DNA from: Pelagibacteraceae bacterium
GTDB lineage: Bacteria > Pseudomonadota > Alphaproteobacteria > Methylaequorales > Methylaequoraceae
Direction of reading: 5' to 3'
DNA length: 64,000 bases
NCBI GenBank assembly: GCA_042090305.1
Contig: JBELJQ010000002.1
Location: forward strand, 1,970 to 65,969
Numbering within the stretch: position 1 is the first letter of the stretch; each line of letters begins with the position of its first letter. The notes beneath the pieces are model-generated. The model worked only from the letters and a program-made list of their open reading frames with translations, had not been told where the DNA came from and made no database searches. Both the position numbers and the translations under genes were made by a program. This document shows positions 56,919 through 64,000 of the stretch, one piece after another.

Positions 56919-58023
56919 AGCTAAAGATATGAAGTCTGCTATAAACCTTGTAAACGATCAATTTGGCGAAAAGGCTATAATTTTATCTACTAGGAAAAAT
57001 AATGGTCTTGTTGAGGTGGAAGCTTCTGATACCGAGGATGTAATTCAAAAACATAAAGAGAAAATCAAAGATAAGGAAAGTTTCTCAAAAGTTTTTATGA
57101 AAGAAATTAAGGAAAAGAATGATAATGTTTCATTTTTTGATACAGAAAATAAGACAAAGTACGAAAGTAGTCAAAAACTTGAAGTTTATGATGAAATTAA
57201 GCAACAAATTTATTCTTTAAGGGATGATTTAAGTAGAATGGTTTTAACTGACCAGTCAGGAATTTCTGATGAACTCTCTCACTTAACACCTATTAAACTT
57301 CGACAAGAAAAGTTTTTACCAGAAGTCATTAATAAATTTAGTCATTCATTTATTGGAAAAAATAGTGAAGATGGCAGGATTGCTTTTTTCAGAGAATTAT
57401 CTAGAAAACTTGCATCTAACGATTTTTCTAGAATGTTAAATTCCAATAATATATTTATTTTTGGAAACTCTGGGTCTGGAAAATCTACATTATCTGCTAA
57501 AATTGCTTCATTTCTATCGGATAAAAGGTCAACAAAAGAAATAAACTTTATTGATGTTTCTAATTCAGGAACTTCACACAGTGATATTCTTAGATCATAT
57601 AGTAGGGTTCTAAGCTTTCCCGTAAAAGATTATAAATATTTTGATTTCAATCAAAATCAAAATGATCGCTCAAAAATTAATATTTTTGATTTTTCAGGAG
57701 ATCTTAATTTTAGTTTGCAAAAAATTAATGAGATAAAAAATTCATTTCCGTCTTTTGATTTTTGTTCTATATTAGCTATACCAAGTGGTTCTAATTCTGA
57801 AATGATAAAAGGAATGTGCGAGAGAGTTTCAGATGTAAGACCAATGGTTGCTATCACAAAGCTTGATGAATGCTGGGTGGGAGCTGAAGAATTTTCTTCA
57901 CTTGCATTAAATAATGCAAGAATAGGCTTAGTTACTGGTACAAAAGTATTGATTAACTCAGTAATCGAAGCTAATGAGAATTCTCTAACGAAATATATGA
58001 AAGAGAACTTAAAAGGTGTCTGA
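56899..58023 (+). CDS. flhF: Flagellar placement SRP-type GTPase FlhF (divergent G motifs)
   Basis: From the ATG at 56899 (AGGAG SD): MKTQLFKAKDMKSAINLVNDQFGEKAIILS is a typical FlhF B-domain start. G1 is GNSGSGKST, G3 is DFSG, G4 is TKLDE. Follows flhA. Confidence 0.8.
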   Translation: MKTQLFKAKDMKSAINLVNDQFGEKAIILSTRKNNGLVEVEASDTEDVIQKHKEKIKDKESFSKVFMKEIKEKNDNVSFFDTENKTKYESSQKLEVYDEIKQQIYSLRDDLSRMVLTDQSGISDELSHLTPIKLRQEKFLPEVINKFSHSFIGKNSEDGRIAFFRELSRKLASNDFSRMLNSNNIFIFGNSGSGKSTLSAKIASFLSDKRSTKEINFIDVSNSGTSHSDILRSYSRVLSFPVKDYKYFDFNQNQNDRSKINIFDFSGDLNFSLQKINEIKNSFPSFDFCSILAIPSGSNSEMIKGMCERVSDVRPMVAITKLDECWVGAEEFSSLALNNARIGLVTGTKVLINSVIEANENSLTKYMKENLKGV

Positions 58024-58810
58024 TTCGGTTGCAATTACTAGTGGAAAAGGTGGGGTAGGCAAAACAACTTTTGCTGTCAACTTATCCATAGCTTTTAAAA
58101 AAATCTCTGATGAGGTTTTCTTATTAGATACTGATCTAGGTATGGCTAACTCTCATGTTCTTCTTGGAGACAACCCTAACTATACTATAGCTGATGTAAT
58201 TTCAGGTAATAAAAAAGTTTCTGAAATCATTTATAAAAATAAATATGGAATAAATCTTATATCTGGAGGAACTGCCTCAAACAATGTTCTTAACATAGAA
58301 AATAAGGCCAGATATTCCATATTAAATGGAATTGAAAATCATTTAATGAAATACAATAGTCTTAAACTTATTGTGGATATAGCTGCAGGAGCTGATGATA
58401 ATTCACTTATTTTCTCTATGGCATGCGATAGGATCGTGATAGTTATTGTTGGCGAGCCTACTAGTTTTATTGATTCATATGCTCTTATAAAAGCTTTATA
58501 TGCAAAATCATCCTTTAAAAACTATTGCATTGCCGTCAATCAAGTTGATGATGAGGCAAATGGAGTGGAATTATTCAAAAAATTTCAAGCAATTACATCT
58601 AAGTTTTTAGATGTTAATCTTCATTATGTAGGTTCTGTTAAAAGCTCAAGAAAGATTTCAAGATCTATTGTAGATAGAAAACCAATAACGGTCAGCGATC
58701 CTAAATCTGATATATCTCTAAATTTTTTTAAAATAGCAAAGAAGGTTACAGAGACACCTGTTAACGAATGGGGGGGCTTAACTTTTCTTTCACAAAAAAA
58801 AAGAGCGTAA
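58016..58810 (+). CDS. flhG: MinD/ParA-type ATPase FlhG (FleN)
   Basis: Deviant Walker A SGKGGVGKTT at residues 9-18. Sits between flhF and fliA. GTG start overlaps the flhF stop. Confidence 0.85.
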   Translation: MSDSVAITSGKGGVGKTTFAVNLSIAFKKISDEVFLLDTDLGMANSHVLLGDNPNYTIADVISGNKKVSEIIYKNKYGINLISGGTASNNVLNIENKARYSILNGIENHLMKYNSLKLIVDIAAGADDNSLIFSMACDRIVIVIVGEPTSFIDSYALIKALYAKSSFKNYCIAVNQVDDEANGVELFKKFQAITSKFLDVNLHYVGSVKSSRKISRSIVDRKPITVSDPKSDISLNFFKIAKKVTETPVNEWGGLTFLSQKKRA

Positions 58811-58819
58811 AATATCAGT

Positions 58820-59521
58820 ATGAATAATTTATATTCTCAAAATTCAGATACTATAGTCAATGATCTAATTGAAAAAAACCTCGATTTGGTAAAAAAAATT
58901 GCATGGCAAATTCATGGAAGAGTTAATAATGTAATTGAAATTGAGGATCTGGTTCAACAAGGTATGGAAGGTCTTGTGCATGCTGCTCAAAAATATTCTC
59001 AAAGAGAAAATATAACTTTCCCTCAATATGCCCAATTAAGAATAAGAGGAAGTATAATTGATTTTTTAAGAAAAAATTCAAATCTTTGTAGGACTACAAT
59101 AAAGAAAAAACAAGACTTTGAAAGAAAAAGAAATAATCTACAACAGGAATTGGGAAGAGAACCAACTCAAGATGAAATAGTCAATTATTTAGGTATTTCA
59201 TTTGATGAGTATGATTACTGGAAAAAATCATTTGAGGCAAATAATATTCAAAGTTTAGACAATGCGTATAATGAGTATTCCTTGTTATATGCTTCCCATG
59301 AAGAAAGTCCAGAAAAGAAATTAGAGAATAAAGAGTTAAAGGAACAAATTAAAAGTGCATTAAAAGTTTTAAATCAAAGAGAGGCATTAATTGCACAACT
59401 TTATTATGTTGAGGAATTAAACATATACGAGATTTCAGATGTTCTTGAAATAAGTACTGGAAGAATATCTCAAATAAAAAAGAAGATTGTTGAAAAATTA
59501 AGATATGAAATCATCAAATAA
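58820..59521 (+). CDS. fliA: Flagellar sigma factor FliA (sigma-28)
   Basis: Region 2 DLVQQGMEGLVHAAQKY...YAQLRIRGSIIDFLR. Region 4 LNIYEISDVLEISTGRISQIKKKIVEKLR. 233 aa. Confidence 0.92.
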   Translation: MNNLYSQNSDTIVNDLIEKNLDLVKKIAWQIHGRVNNVIEIEDLVQQGMEGLVHAAQKYSQRENITFPQYAQLRIRGSIIDFLRKNSNLCRTTIKKKQDFERKRNNLQQELGREPTQDEIVNYLGISFDEYDYWKKSFEANNIQSLDNAYNEYSLLYASHEESPEKKLENKELKEQIKSALKVLNQREALIAQLYYVEELNIYEISDVLEISTGRISQIKKKIVEKLRYEIIK

Positions 59522-59906
59522 TTGGAAAAGCCTGAATAATGTTGTTTTAAGAGTTGATAATGTAGAAGCAATCTACACTAAAAAAACAGAAATAATTCTA
59601 AATTGTGGTTTCGAAAATATTTCTAAAGGAAGATGCAACTTGAGAGTGAGTGTAAATAATAAAAATAAAAAAAACAACTTATATGTTTTTACTGATAAGG
59701 CATTGATGGAGGTTGAGTTATACTATAGTAAATCTGAAATTGATGAAATTTTGAAACTTATTTTTCTTAAGAAATCTTCAAAAAAATCTATTATTATTCT
59801 AAATATTTCTGATAATTTATTAATAAATGAAAATAACTACTTATATATAAAAAACAATATAACTATCGCTATAAACTCAATCGATTGGAAAATTCCTTTA
59901 TCTTAA
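59505..59906 (+). CDS. Hypothetical protein (133 aa) translationally coupled to fliA
   Basis: ORF overlaps the fliA 3' end by 17 nt. Asn/Lys/Ile-rich, no signal peptide, no motif I recognise. Confidence 0.45.
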   Translation: MKSSNNWKSLNNVVLRVDNVEAIYTKKTEIILNCGFENISKGRCNLRVSVNNKNKKNNLYVFTDKALMEVELYYSKSEIDEILKLIFLKKSSKKSIIILNISDNLLINENNYLYIKNNITIAINSIDWKIPLS

Positions 59907-59907
59907 T

Positions 59908-60693
59908 TTACCTGGATGAAAACTTTTTTGTTATTTCTACTTCTGACTGAAGAATTTTTGAACATCCATTAAATGCACGTTGTGTCCTCAACATTAAAAC
60001 AATTTCATCAGTAATGTCTGTATTAGATCTCTCAAGAAATCCAGGCTCAATCTTTCCGATTGTCCCTTCCTTTGGTCTTCCAAACTCAGGTAAACCACTT
60101 TCACCAGTTCTTTTAAACCTTGCATTACCTATATTTTGAAGTCCGTGTTCATTTACAAAGTCAGCAAGCTCAAGCTGCCCTACATTTTCAGTATTATCTA
60201 GTCCATAAGTTGCTAAAATAGAACCATCAGATTTTACAGAAATCTCAGAGAGTAATTGCTGACCAGCCCCTTCGAAAGGTATGTTTATGGGTTGCTGACC
60301 TTCACCTAGTAGCGGTAGTCCATCAGTATTAACAAGGTTACCTGTTCTATCTAATTGAAATGAACCATCTCTTGTAAAAACTGGTTCATCAGTTGATGTT
60401 TCTCTCCCAATTGGTGTTCCCAGAGCAAAAAAACCTTCGCCCATGATTGCTAAATCTAAACTACCATTAGTTTGTTGAAGTGAGCCTTGTGAAAAGTTTT
60501 GTCTTGGCTTAATTGTCCTAACTCCAATACCATTTGCTTTTTCTGTAGAATCATTGTGAATTGACCTGTACATATCCTCAAACTGAGCTTCACTTTTTTT
60601 GAATCCGTTTGTACCGGCATTAGCAATATTATTTGAAATTACTGATAAATCTCTATTAGATGCATCTAGACCAGTTCTAATTATATTAAACAT
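59908..60693 (-). CDS. flgG: Flagellar rod/hook-family protein, FlgG-like (261 aa)
   Basis: From the ATG at 60693: MFNIIRTGLDASNRDLSVISNNIANAGTNGFKKSEAQFED. C-terminus LERSNTDITDEIVLMLRTQRAFNGCSKIL. GEGFFAL and FTRDGSF motifs. The 350-aa track ORF is extended artefactually through the antisense of tRNA-Val. Confidence 0.75.
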   Translation of the reverse strand: MFNIIRTGLDASNRDLSVISNNIANAGTNGFKKSEAQFEDMYRSIHNDSTEKANGIGVRTIKPRQNFSQGSLQQTNGSLDLAIMGEGFFALGTPIGRETSTDEPVFTRDGSFQLDRTGNLVNTDGLPLLGEGQQPINIPFEGAGQQLLSEISVKSDGSILATYGLDNTENVGQLELADFVNEHGLQNIGNARFKRTGESGLPEFGRPKEGTIGKIEPGFLERSNTDITDEIVLMLRTQRAFNGCSKILQSEVEITKKFSSR

Positions 60694-60704
60694 GAAGCAT
60701 GAAC

Positions 60705-60720
60705 AGCAATTATTATGCCA
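60705..60720 (-). promoter_or_regulatory. Sigma-54 promoter of the flgG-like gene
   Basis: Reverse strand reads TGGCATAATAATTGCT, with exact GG-N10-GC spacing and a TTGCT -12. The C of the GC is only 13 nt upstream of the ATG. Confidence 0.65.
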
Positions 60721-60768
60721 TTTTTTATTGTTGAGATTCTTTTTTAAATGTATATTGGGATTGTTATC

Positions 60769-60844
60769 GGGCGGATAGCTCAGCTGGGAGAGCAATTGCT
60801 CGACACGCAATAGGTCGCAGGTTCGAACCCTGTTCCGCCCACCA
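60769..60844 (+). tRNA. tRNA-Val (anticodon GAC), CCA encoded, with C at position 33
   Basis: Hand-folded. Acceptor GGGCGGA/TCCGCCC, D arm GCTC-AGCTGGGA-GAGC, anticodon stem ATTGC/GCAAT with loop TCGACAC, T arm GCAGG-TTCGAAC-CCTGT, A73, CCA. Confidence 0.85.
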
Positions 60845-60856
60845 ACATATTGAAAA

Positions 60857-61936
60857 ATGAAAAGAAGAAAATTTTTAGATAAATCAATTAAAGGCGTTTT
60901 AGCGGGTGGTGCCTCAACAATGTTTATTCCTAATATTGTTAAAGCCAAAAAAAAGCACACATGGGTTGCAGTATCAGCATTTGATAAAGCTGGAATACTT
61001 GGAAGAGCTTTTCAAAAACTTTGTGAAGAGATTACTAGAATATCATCAGGGGAGTTAAATATCAGATTATTCCATGCAAATGAGTTGGTAAGTGCTTTTG
61101 AATCTTTTGATGTTGTTCAAAGTGGTACCTGTCAAATGGGTTTTGGGTCACCTTATTATTGGGCAGGAAAGTCAAAGGCAATTTCATTCTTGTCTGGTAT
61201 ACCTTTTGGAATGAATTATCAGGAGATGAGCGCTTGGTTTTATAAAGGTGATGGTATCAAGTTAGCTGATTCTATTTACAACCAGTTTAATCTAAAATTC
61301 TTTCCAGCTGGTAATACTGGAAATCAAATGGGTGGATGGTTCAATAAAGAAATAAACATAACCAGTGATTTTAAGGGTTTAAAATTTAGAATGCCTGGTT
61401 TAGGCGGTGAAGTATTAAAGAGCTTTGGAACAAATGTAGTTTTATTGCCAGGTCCAGACGTGGTTCCAGCGATTTCATCAGGAACTATTGACGGAACTGA
61501 GTGGATTGGGCCTGCAGCAGATTTAGGTAAGGGACTTCATAAAGTTTGCAAATATTACTATTATCCTGGGTGGCATGAACCAGGAACATGTTTAGAAGCA
61601 TTTATAAATTTAAAATATTGGAATAAACTTGATAATAATTTAAAAAAACTTGTTAGTACATGTTGCGCTAAGTCTAACTCATCCATTGCTGCTGAGTTTT
61701 TTATAAGGAATAGTTTTGCTATTAAGAAGCTTAAAGATGATTATAACGTCAACTTTAAAAAATACCCTAAAGATTTATTAATAAAATTAAAAAAGCAATC
61801 AGATGAAATAACCCAGAACTTAGCATCCCAAGATCCTAAGGGAACTCAAATATTAGATAATATATTAAAACATCGTGAGATTTTTATGTTTTGGTCAAAT
61901 TACTCTGAGAAAAGTTTTTTAGAGTCCAGACTATAA
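60857..61936 (+). CDS. TRAP transporter substrate-binding protein (DctP family, Tat signal)
   Basis: Twin-arginine signal MKRRKFLDKSIKGVLAGGAS. DctP-family body (COG4663-like). Adjacent to the dctQM genes. Confidence 0.85.
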   Translation: MKRRKFLDKSIKGVLAGGASTMFIPNIVKAKKKHTWVAVSAFDKAGILGRAFQKLCEEITRISSGELNIRLFHANELVSAFESFDVVQSGTCQMGFGSPYYWAGKSKAISFLSGIPFGMNYQEMSAWFYKGDGIKLADSIYNQFNLKFFPAGNTGNQMGGWFNKEINITSDFKGLKFRMPGLGGEVLKSFGTNVVLLPGPDVVPAISSGTIDGTEWIGPAADLGKGLHKVCKYYYYPGWHEPGTCLEAFINLKYWNKLDNNLKKLVSTCCAKSNSSIAAEFFIRNSFAIKKLKDDYNVNFKKYPKDLLIKLKKQSDEITQNLASQDPKGTQILDNILKHREIFMFWSNYSEKSFLESRL

Positions 61937-61937
61937 T

Positions 61938-63311
61938 TTATAGCTCACTTGGCAACCATGTAATTAAATTTGGAAAGTAAAATAAAATGATTAGTAATAT
62001 TATTTGTATAAAAATAAAAGGTAAAACTCCCAAATAAATTTCTGAAGTTTTTACTAAATTATTAGAAACACCCCTCAAATAAAAAAGTGCAAAACCAAAT
62101 GGTGGTGTTAAAAAGCTGGTTTGAAGATTAATAGCAAACATAATTGCTAGCCAAACTGGGTCAAACCCCATAGAAATTAAGGCAGGTCCAACGATTGGTA
62201 CAATAACAAAAACAATTTGAAAAAAGTCAAGAAAAAATCCGAGTAAAAAAATTGTTACCATTACGATAATGAATGCGTATATCTTCCCTCCAGGAATATC
62301 TACTAAAAAATCTTCTACTAAAATATCCCCACCAAAACCACGAAATACTAAGGAAAATAAAGAAGCCCCAATCAGTACAAAAAATACCATAGAATTGATT
62401 TTAATAGATTGAATACAAACATCGTTAAGAGTCTCAAAGTTAAATTTTCCTCTGGTCATGGCTATTATAATCGAACCTAATGCACCTAACGAGGCTGATT
62501 CTGTGGGGGTTGCAACGCCGAATAAAATTGAACCAAGTACAGTTAAAATCAATAAAGTTGGAGGCATAACTATTTTGAGAAAATCTCTTAAGTTAATCTT
62601 AGTTAAATTATTTTTCCTCGGTAATTTATTAGGATAGAAAATAGAATACATAAAAATCCAAACTGCATACATTAAAACTAAAATTAATCCAGGTATAATT
62701 GCGCCTGCAAAAAGATCTACACTACTTACAGGAGTTGGTGCAAAGTCTCCAGATATTTGAGAAGCTTGTTCATTTGCTCCCTGAAATACATCGGCTAGTA
62801 ACACTAAAACTATTGATGGAGGTATAATTTGACCAAGAGTTCCACTTGCACAGATCACTCCTGCTGCAATCTTTTTATCGTAGTTCCACTTGAGCATTAA
62901 GGGAAGGCTTAAGATTCCCATTGTTACAACAGTTGCTCCAACAATGCCGGTTGAAGCTGCCATCAAAACACCAACTACTAAGACAGAGTATACCAATCCC
63001 CCTTTCACATTACCCCAAATTCGACTAATACTCTCCAAAAGTTCTGATGCAATGCCTGACTTTTCAAGCATAATTCCCATAAAAATAAAAAGAGGAACTG
63101 CAATTAATGTTTCATTTCCTATTATTCCAAAGATTCTATTAGGTAAAACATTTAAAAGAATAATTGGGAAAAGATCGAGAAAATATCCAATTGAACCAAT
63201 TATTATTGAAACTCCGGCCAAAGTAAGAGCAACAGGAAAGCCCATTAAAAGAAAAATTGCTAATATAAAGAATAACAAAAAACAAAAGAATTCGTGGCTA
63301 ATTATTTCCAT
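61938..63311 (-). CDS. TRAP transporter large permease (DctM family)
   Basis: 457 aa polytopic protein, Gly/Ile/Leu-rich. Follows the small permease with a 14-nt overlap. Confidence 0.85.
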   Translation of the reverse strand: MEIISHEFFCFLLFFILAIFLLMGFPVALTLAGVSIIIGSIGYFLDLFPIILLNVLPNRIFGIIGNETLIAVPLFIFMGIMLEKSGIASELLESISRIWGNVKGGLVYSVLVVGVLMAASTGIVGATVVTMGILSLPLMLKWNYDKKIAAGVICASGTLGQIIPPSIVLVLLADVFQGANEQASQISGDFAPTPVSSVDLFAGAIIPGLILVLMYAVWIFMYSIFYPNKLPRKNNLTKINLRDFLKIVMPPTLLILTVLGSILFGVATPTESASLGALGSIIIAMTRGKFNFETLNDVCIQSIKINSMVFFVLIGASLFSLVFRGFGGDILVEDFLVDIPGGKIYAFIIVMVTIFLLGFFLDFFQIVFVIVPIVGPALISMGFDPVWLAIMFAINLQTSFLTPPFGFALFYLRGVSNNLVKTSEIYLGVLPFIFIQIILLIILFYFPNLITWLPSEL

Positions 63312-63798
63312 TATTTCTCACAAAATTTATTAAAAATCTAATTATCTCGAAAACAAAAAGTATACCTAAGAAGAAAATAAAGAACTTTAATATAAATATA
63401 TTTGAGAGTCCTCCGGTTTCTTTTGAGCTTTCATCAAGTAAAAAAGATCTTAAAAAATAGTCGTAGCCACTTGTCAGAAGAATAAACGTGAATGGTACGC
63501 AAAAAATTAGATAACCGATAATATTAACAAATCTTTTTTTTCGTTTACTTAGATTTCTATATATTATATCAATTCGTACGTGCTCATCTTTGTATAAGGT
63601 ATAACAAATTCCAAGAAGAATAAATAAACAATGAACCCAAATATACAAATCTTGTAGCCAAATGAATCCAATTGAGAATACATATCTTAGCAAAACAGTT
63701 AAAGAGACTAACAAGATTAAAATAACTATAAAAAAACAAGACATTCTTCCAGATAAGTCAATTAATTTAGTGATCGATGATAGAATTTTATTTAGCAT
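63298..63798 (-). CDS. TRAP transporter small permease (DctQ family)
   Basis: 166 aa, four TM helices, immediately upstream of dctM. Confidence 0.8.
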   Translation of the reverse strand: MLNKILSSITKLIDLSGRMSCFFIVILILLVSLTVLLRYVFSIGFIWLQDLYIWVHCLFILLGICYTLYKDEHVRIDIIYRNLSKRKKRFVNIIGYLIFCVPFTFILLTSGYDYFLRSFLLDESSKETGGLSNIFILKFFIFFLGILFVFEIIRFLINFVRNNGNN

Positions 63799-63867
63799 TG
63801 AATAATATTAATTAATTTTCTTTAATTGACAATTTTTAAGAATTAATTATTTTACAAACATATTATT

Positions 63868-63993
63868 ATGAAAGTTTTAAGATCCATAAAATCAGCAAAG
63901 CTAAGACATAGAGATTGTCGCGTCGTTAAGAGAAAAGGGCGCCTCTATGTTATAAACAAAACAGATGCGAGGTTTAAAGCCAGACAAGGTTAG
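63868..63993 (+). CDS. rpmJ: 50S ribosomal protein L36
   Basis: Not in the ORF track (41 aa). Hand translation: [41 protein letters not shown]. This is the alphaproteobacterial-type L36. Confidence 0.9.
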   Translation: MKVLRSIKSAKLRHRDCRVVKRKGRLYVINKTDARFKARQG

Positions 63994-64000
63994 CTTATTT

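Noticed and set aside
42639-60844. Flagellar block as a tRNA-integrated mobile genomic island
   Set aside because: I found no integrase, transposase or conjugation genes. I found no direct repeat of the tRNA-Val 3' end in the 42639..42848 gap. The block lies on the 5' side of the tRNA rather than the usual 3' attachment side. Horizontal origin remains possible, but mobility is unsupported.
59908-60960. 350-aa version of the rod-protein ORF
   Set aside because: The N-terminal 89 residues read through the antisense of tRNA-Val (60769..60844) and through the sigma-54 promoter. The conserved rod N-terminus begins at the ATG at 60693.
1-64000. CRISPR arrays, restriction-modification, toxin-antitoxin or other defence systems, prophage or IS elements
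   Set aside because: Reading through the window, I found no spaced direct repeats, no nuclease/methylase/integrase motifs and no inverted-repeat-bounded elements. Outside the flagellar cluster nearly every ORF has a housekeeping assignment.

Overview
This is an AT-rich, very gene-dense bacterial chromosome segment; many neighbouring genes abut or overlap. I hand-counted GC on a few 60-nt lines and got about 23% in surA, 40% in flgE and 52% in fabF.

Core synteny is alphaproteobacterial: rpsF-rpsR-DUF2232-rplI; fabD-fabG-acpP-fabF-mltG-gmk; rsmA-pdxA-surA-lptD-lptG-lptF divergent from pepA-holC-ndk; purNM divergent from DUF2066-hda; pyrB-pyrC'; ruvX divergent from gatCAB; and an alpha-type L36. 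I infer a streamlined free-living, probably marine, SAR11/HIMB59-like alphaproteobacterium. That placement cannot be proven from here.

Layout of the window:
- 1-36.3 kb is housekeeping.
- 36.3-42.6 kb is a light and oxidative-stress block: MAPEG, class I photolyase, a CryPro/(6-4)-type photolyase relative, DUF2256, 1-Cys peroxiredoxin, ODC-like decarboxylase and an EamA exporter.
- 42.8-60.7 kb is the stand-out, an ~18 kb flagellar cluster. It contains flgBCDEF, the flgA-flgM-flgN-like genes, FlgP/FlgT-like outer-disk proteins, a FimV-type LysM protein, flhA-flhF-flhG-fliA, a detached flgG-like rod gene, and several unrecognisable ORFs.
- The window ends with tRNA-Val, a split-orientation TRAP transporter and rpmJ.

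Most interesting observations:
1. The FlgE hook protein is 1290 aa, with an ~850-aa modular central insertion.
2. Four strong sigma-54 promoters, all starting TGGCAT with invariant GG and GC 12 nt apart, sit exactly in front of the flagellar operons. A fifth, weaker one faces the other way. One pair is bidirectional and shares a palindromic -12 element. One abuts its start codon.
3. The cluster has a gamma-proteobacterial (Vibrio/Pseudomonas polar flagellum) organisation inside an alpha-type streamlined genome.
4. The CryPro photolyase relative appears to lack three of the four Fe-S cysteines.
5. The tRNA-Val(GAC) has C instead of U at position 33.

I found four features missing from the ORF track: rpmG, DUF2256, rpmJ and a partial CaCA antiporter at the left edge. 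No CRISPR array, transposase, integrase or recognisable defence system was seen. All calls rest on motif recognition and synteny by eye. No database search was possible.
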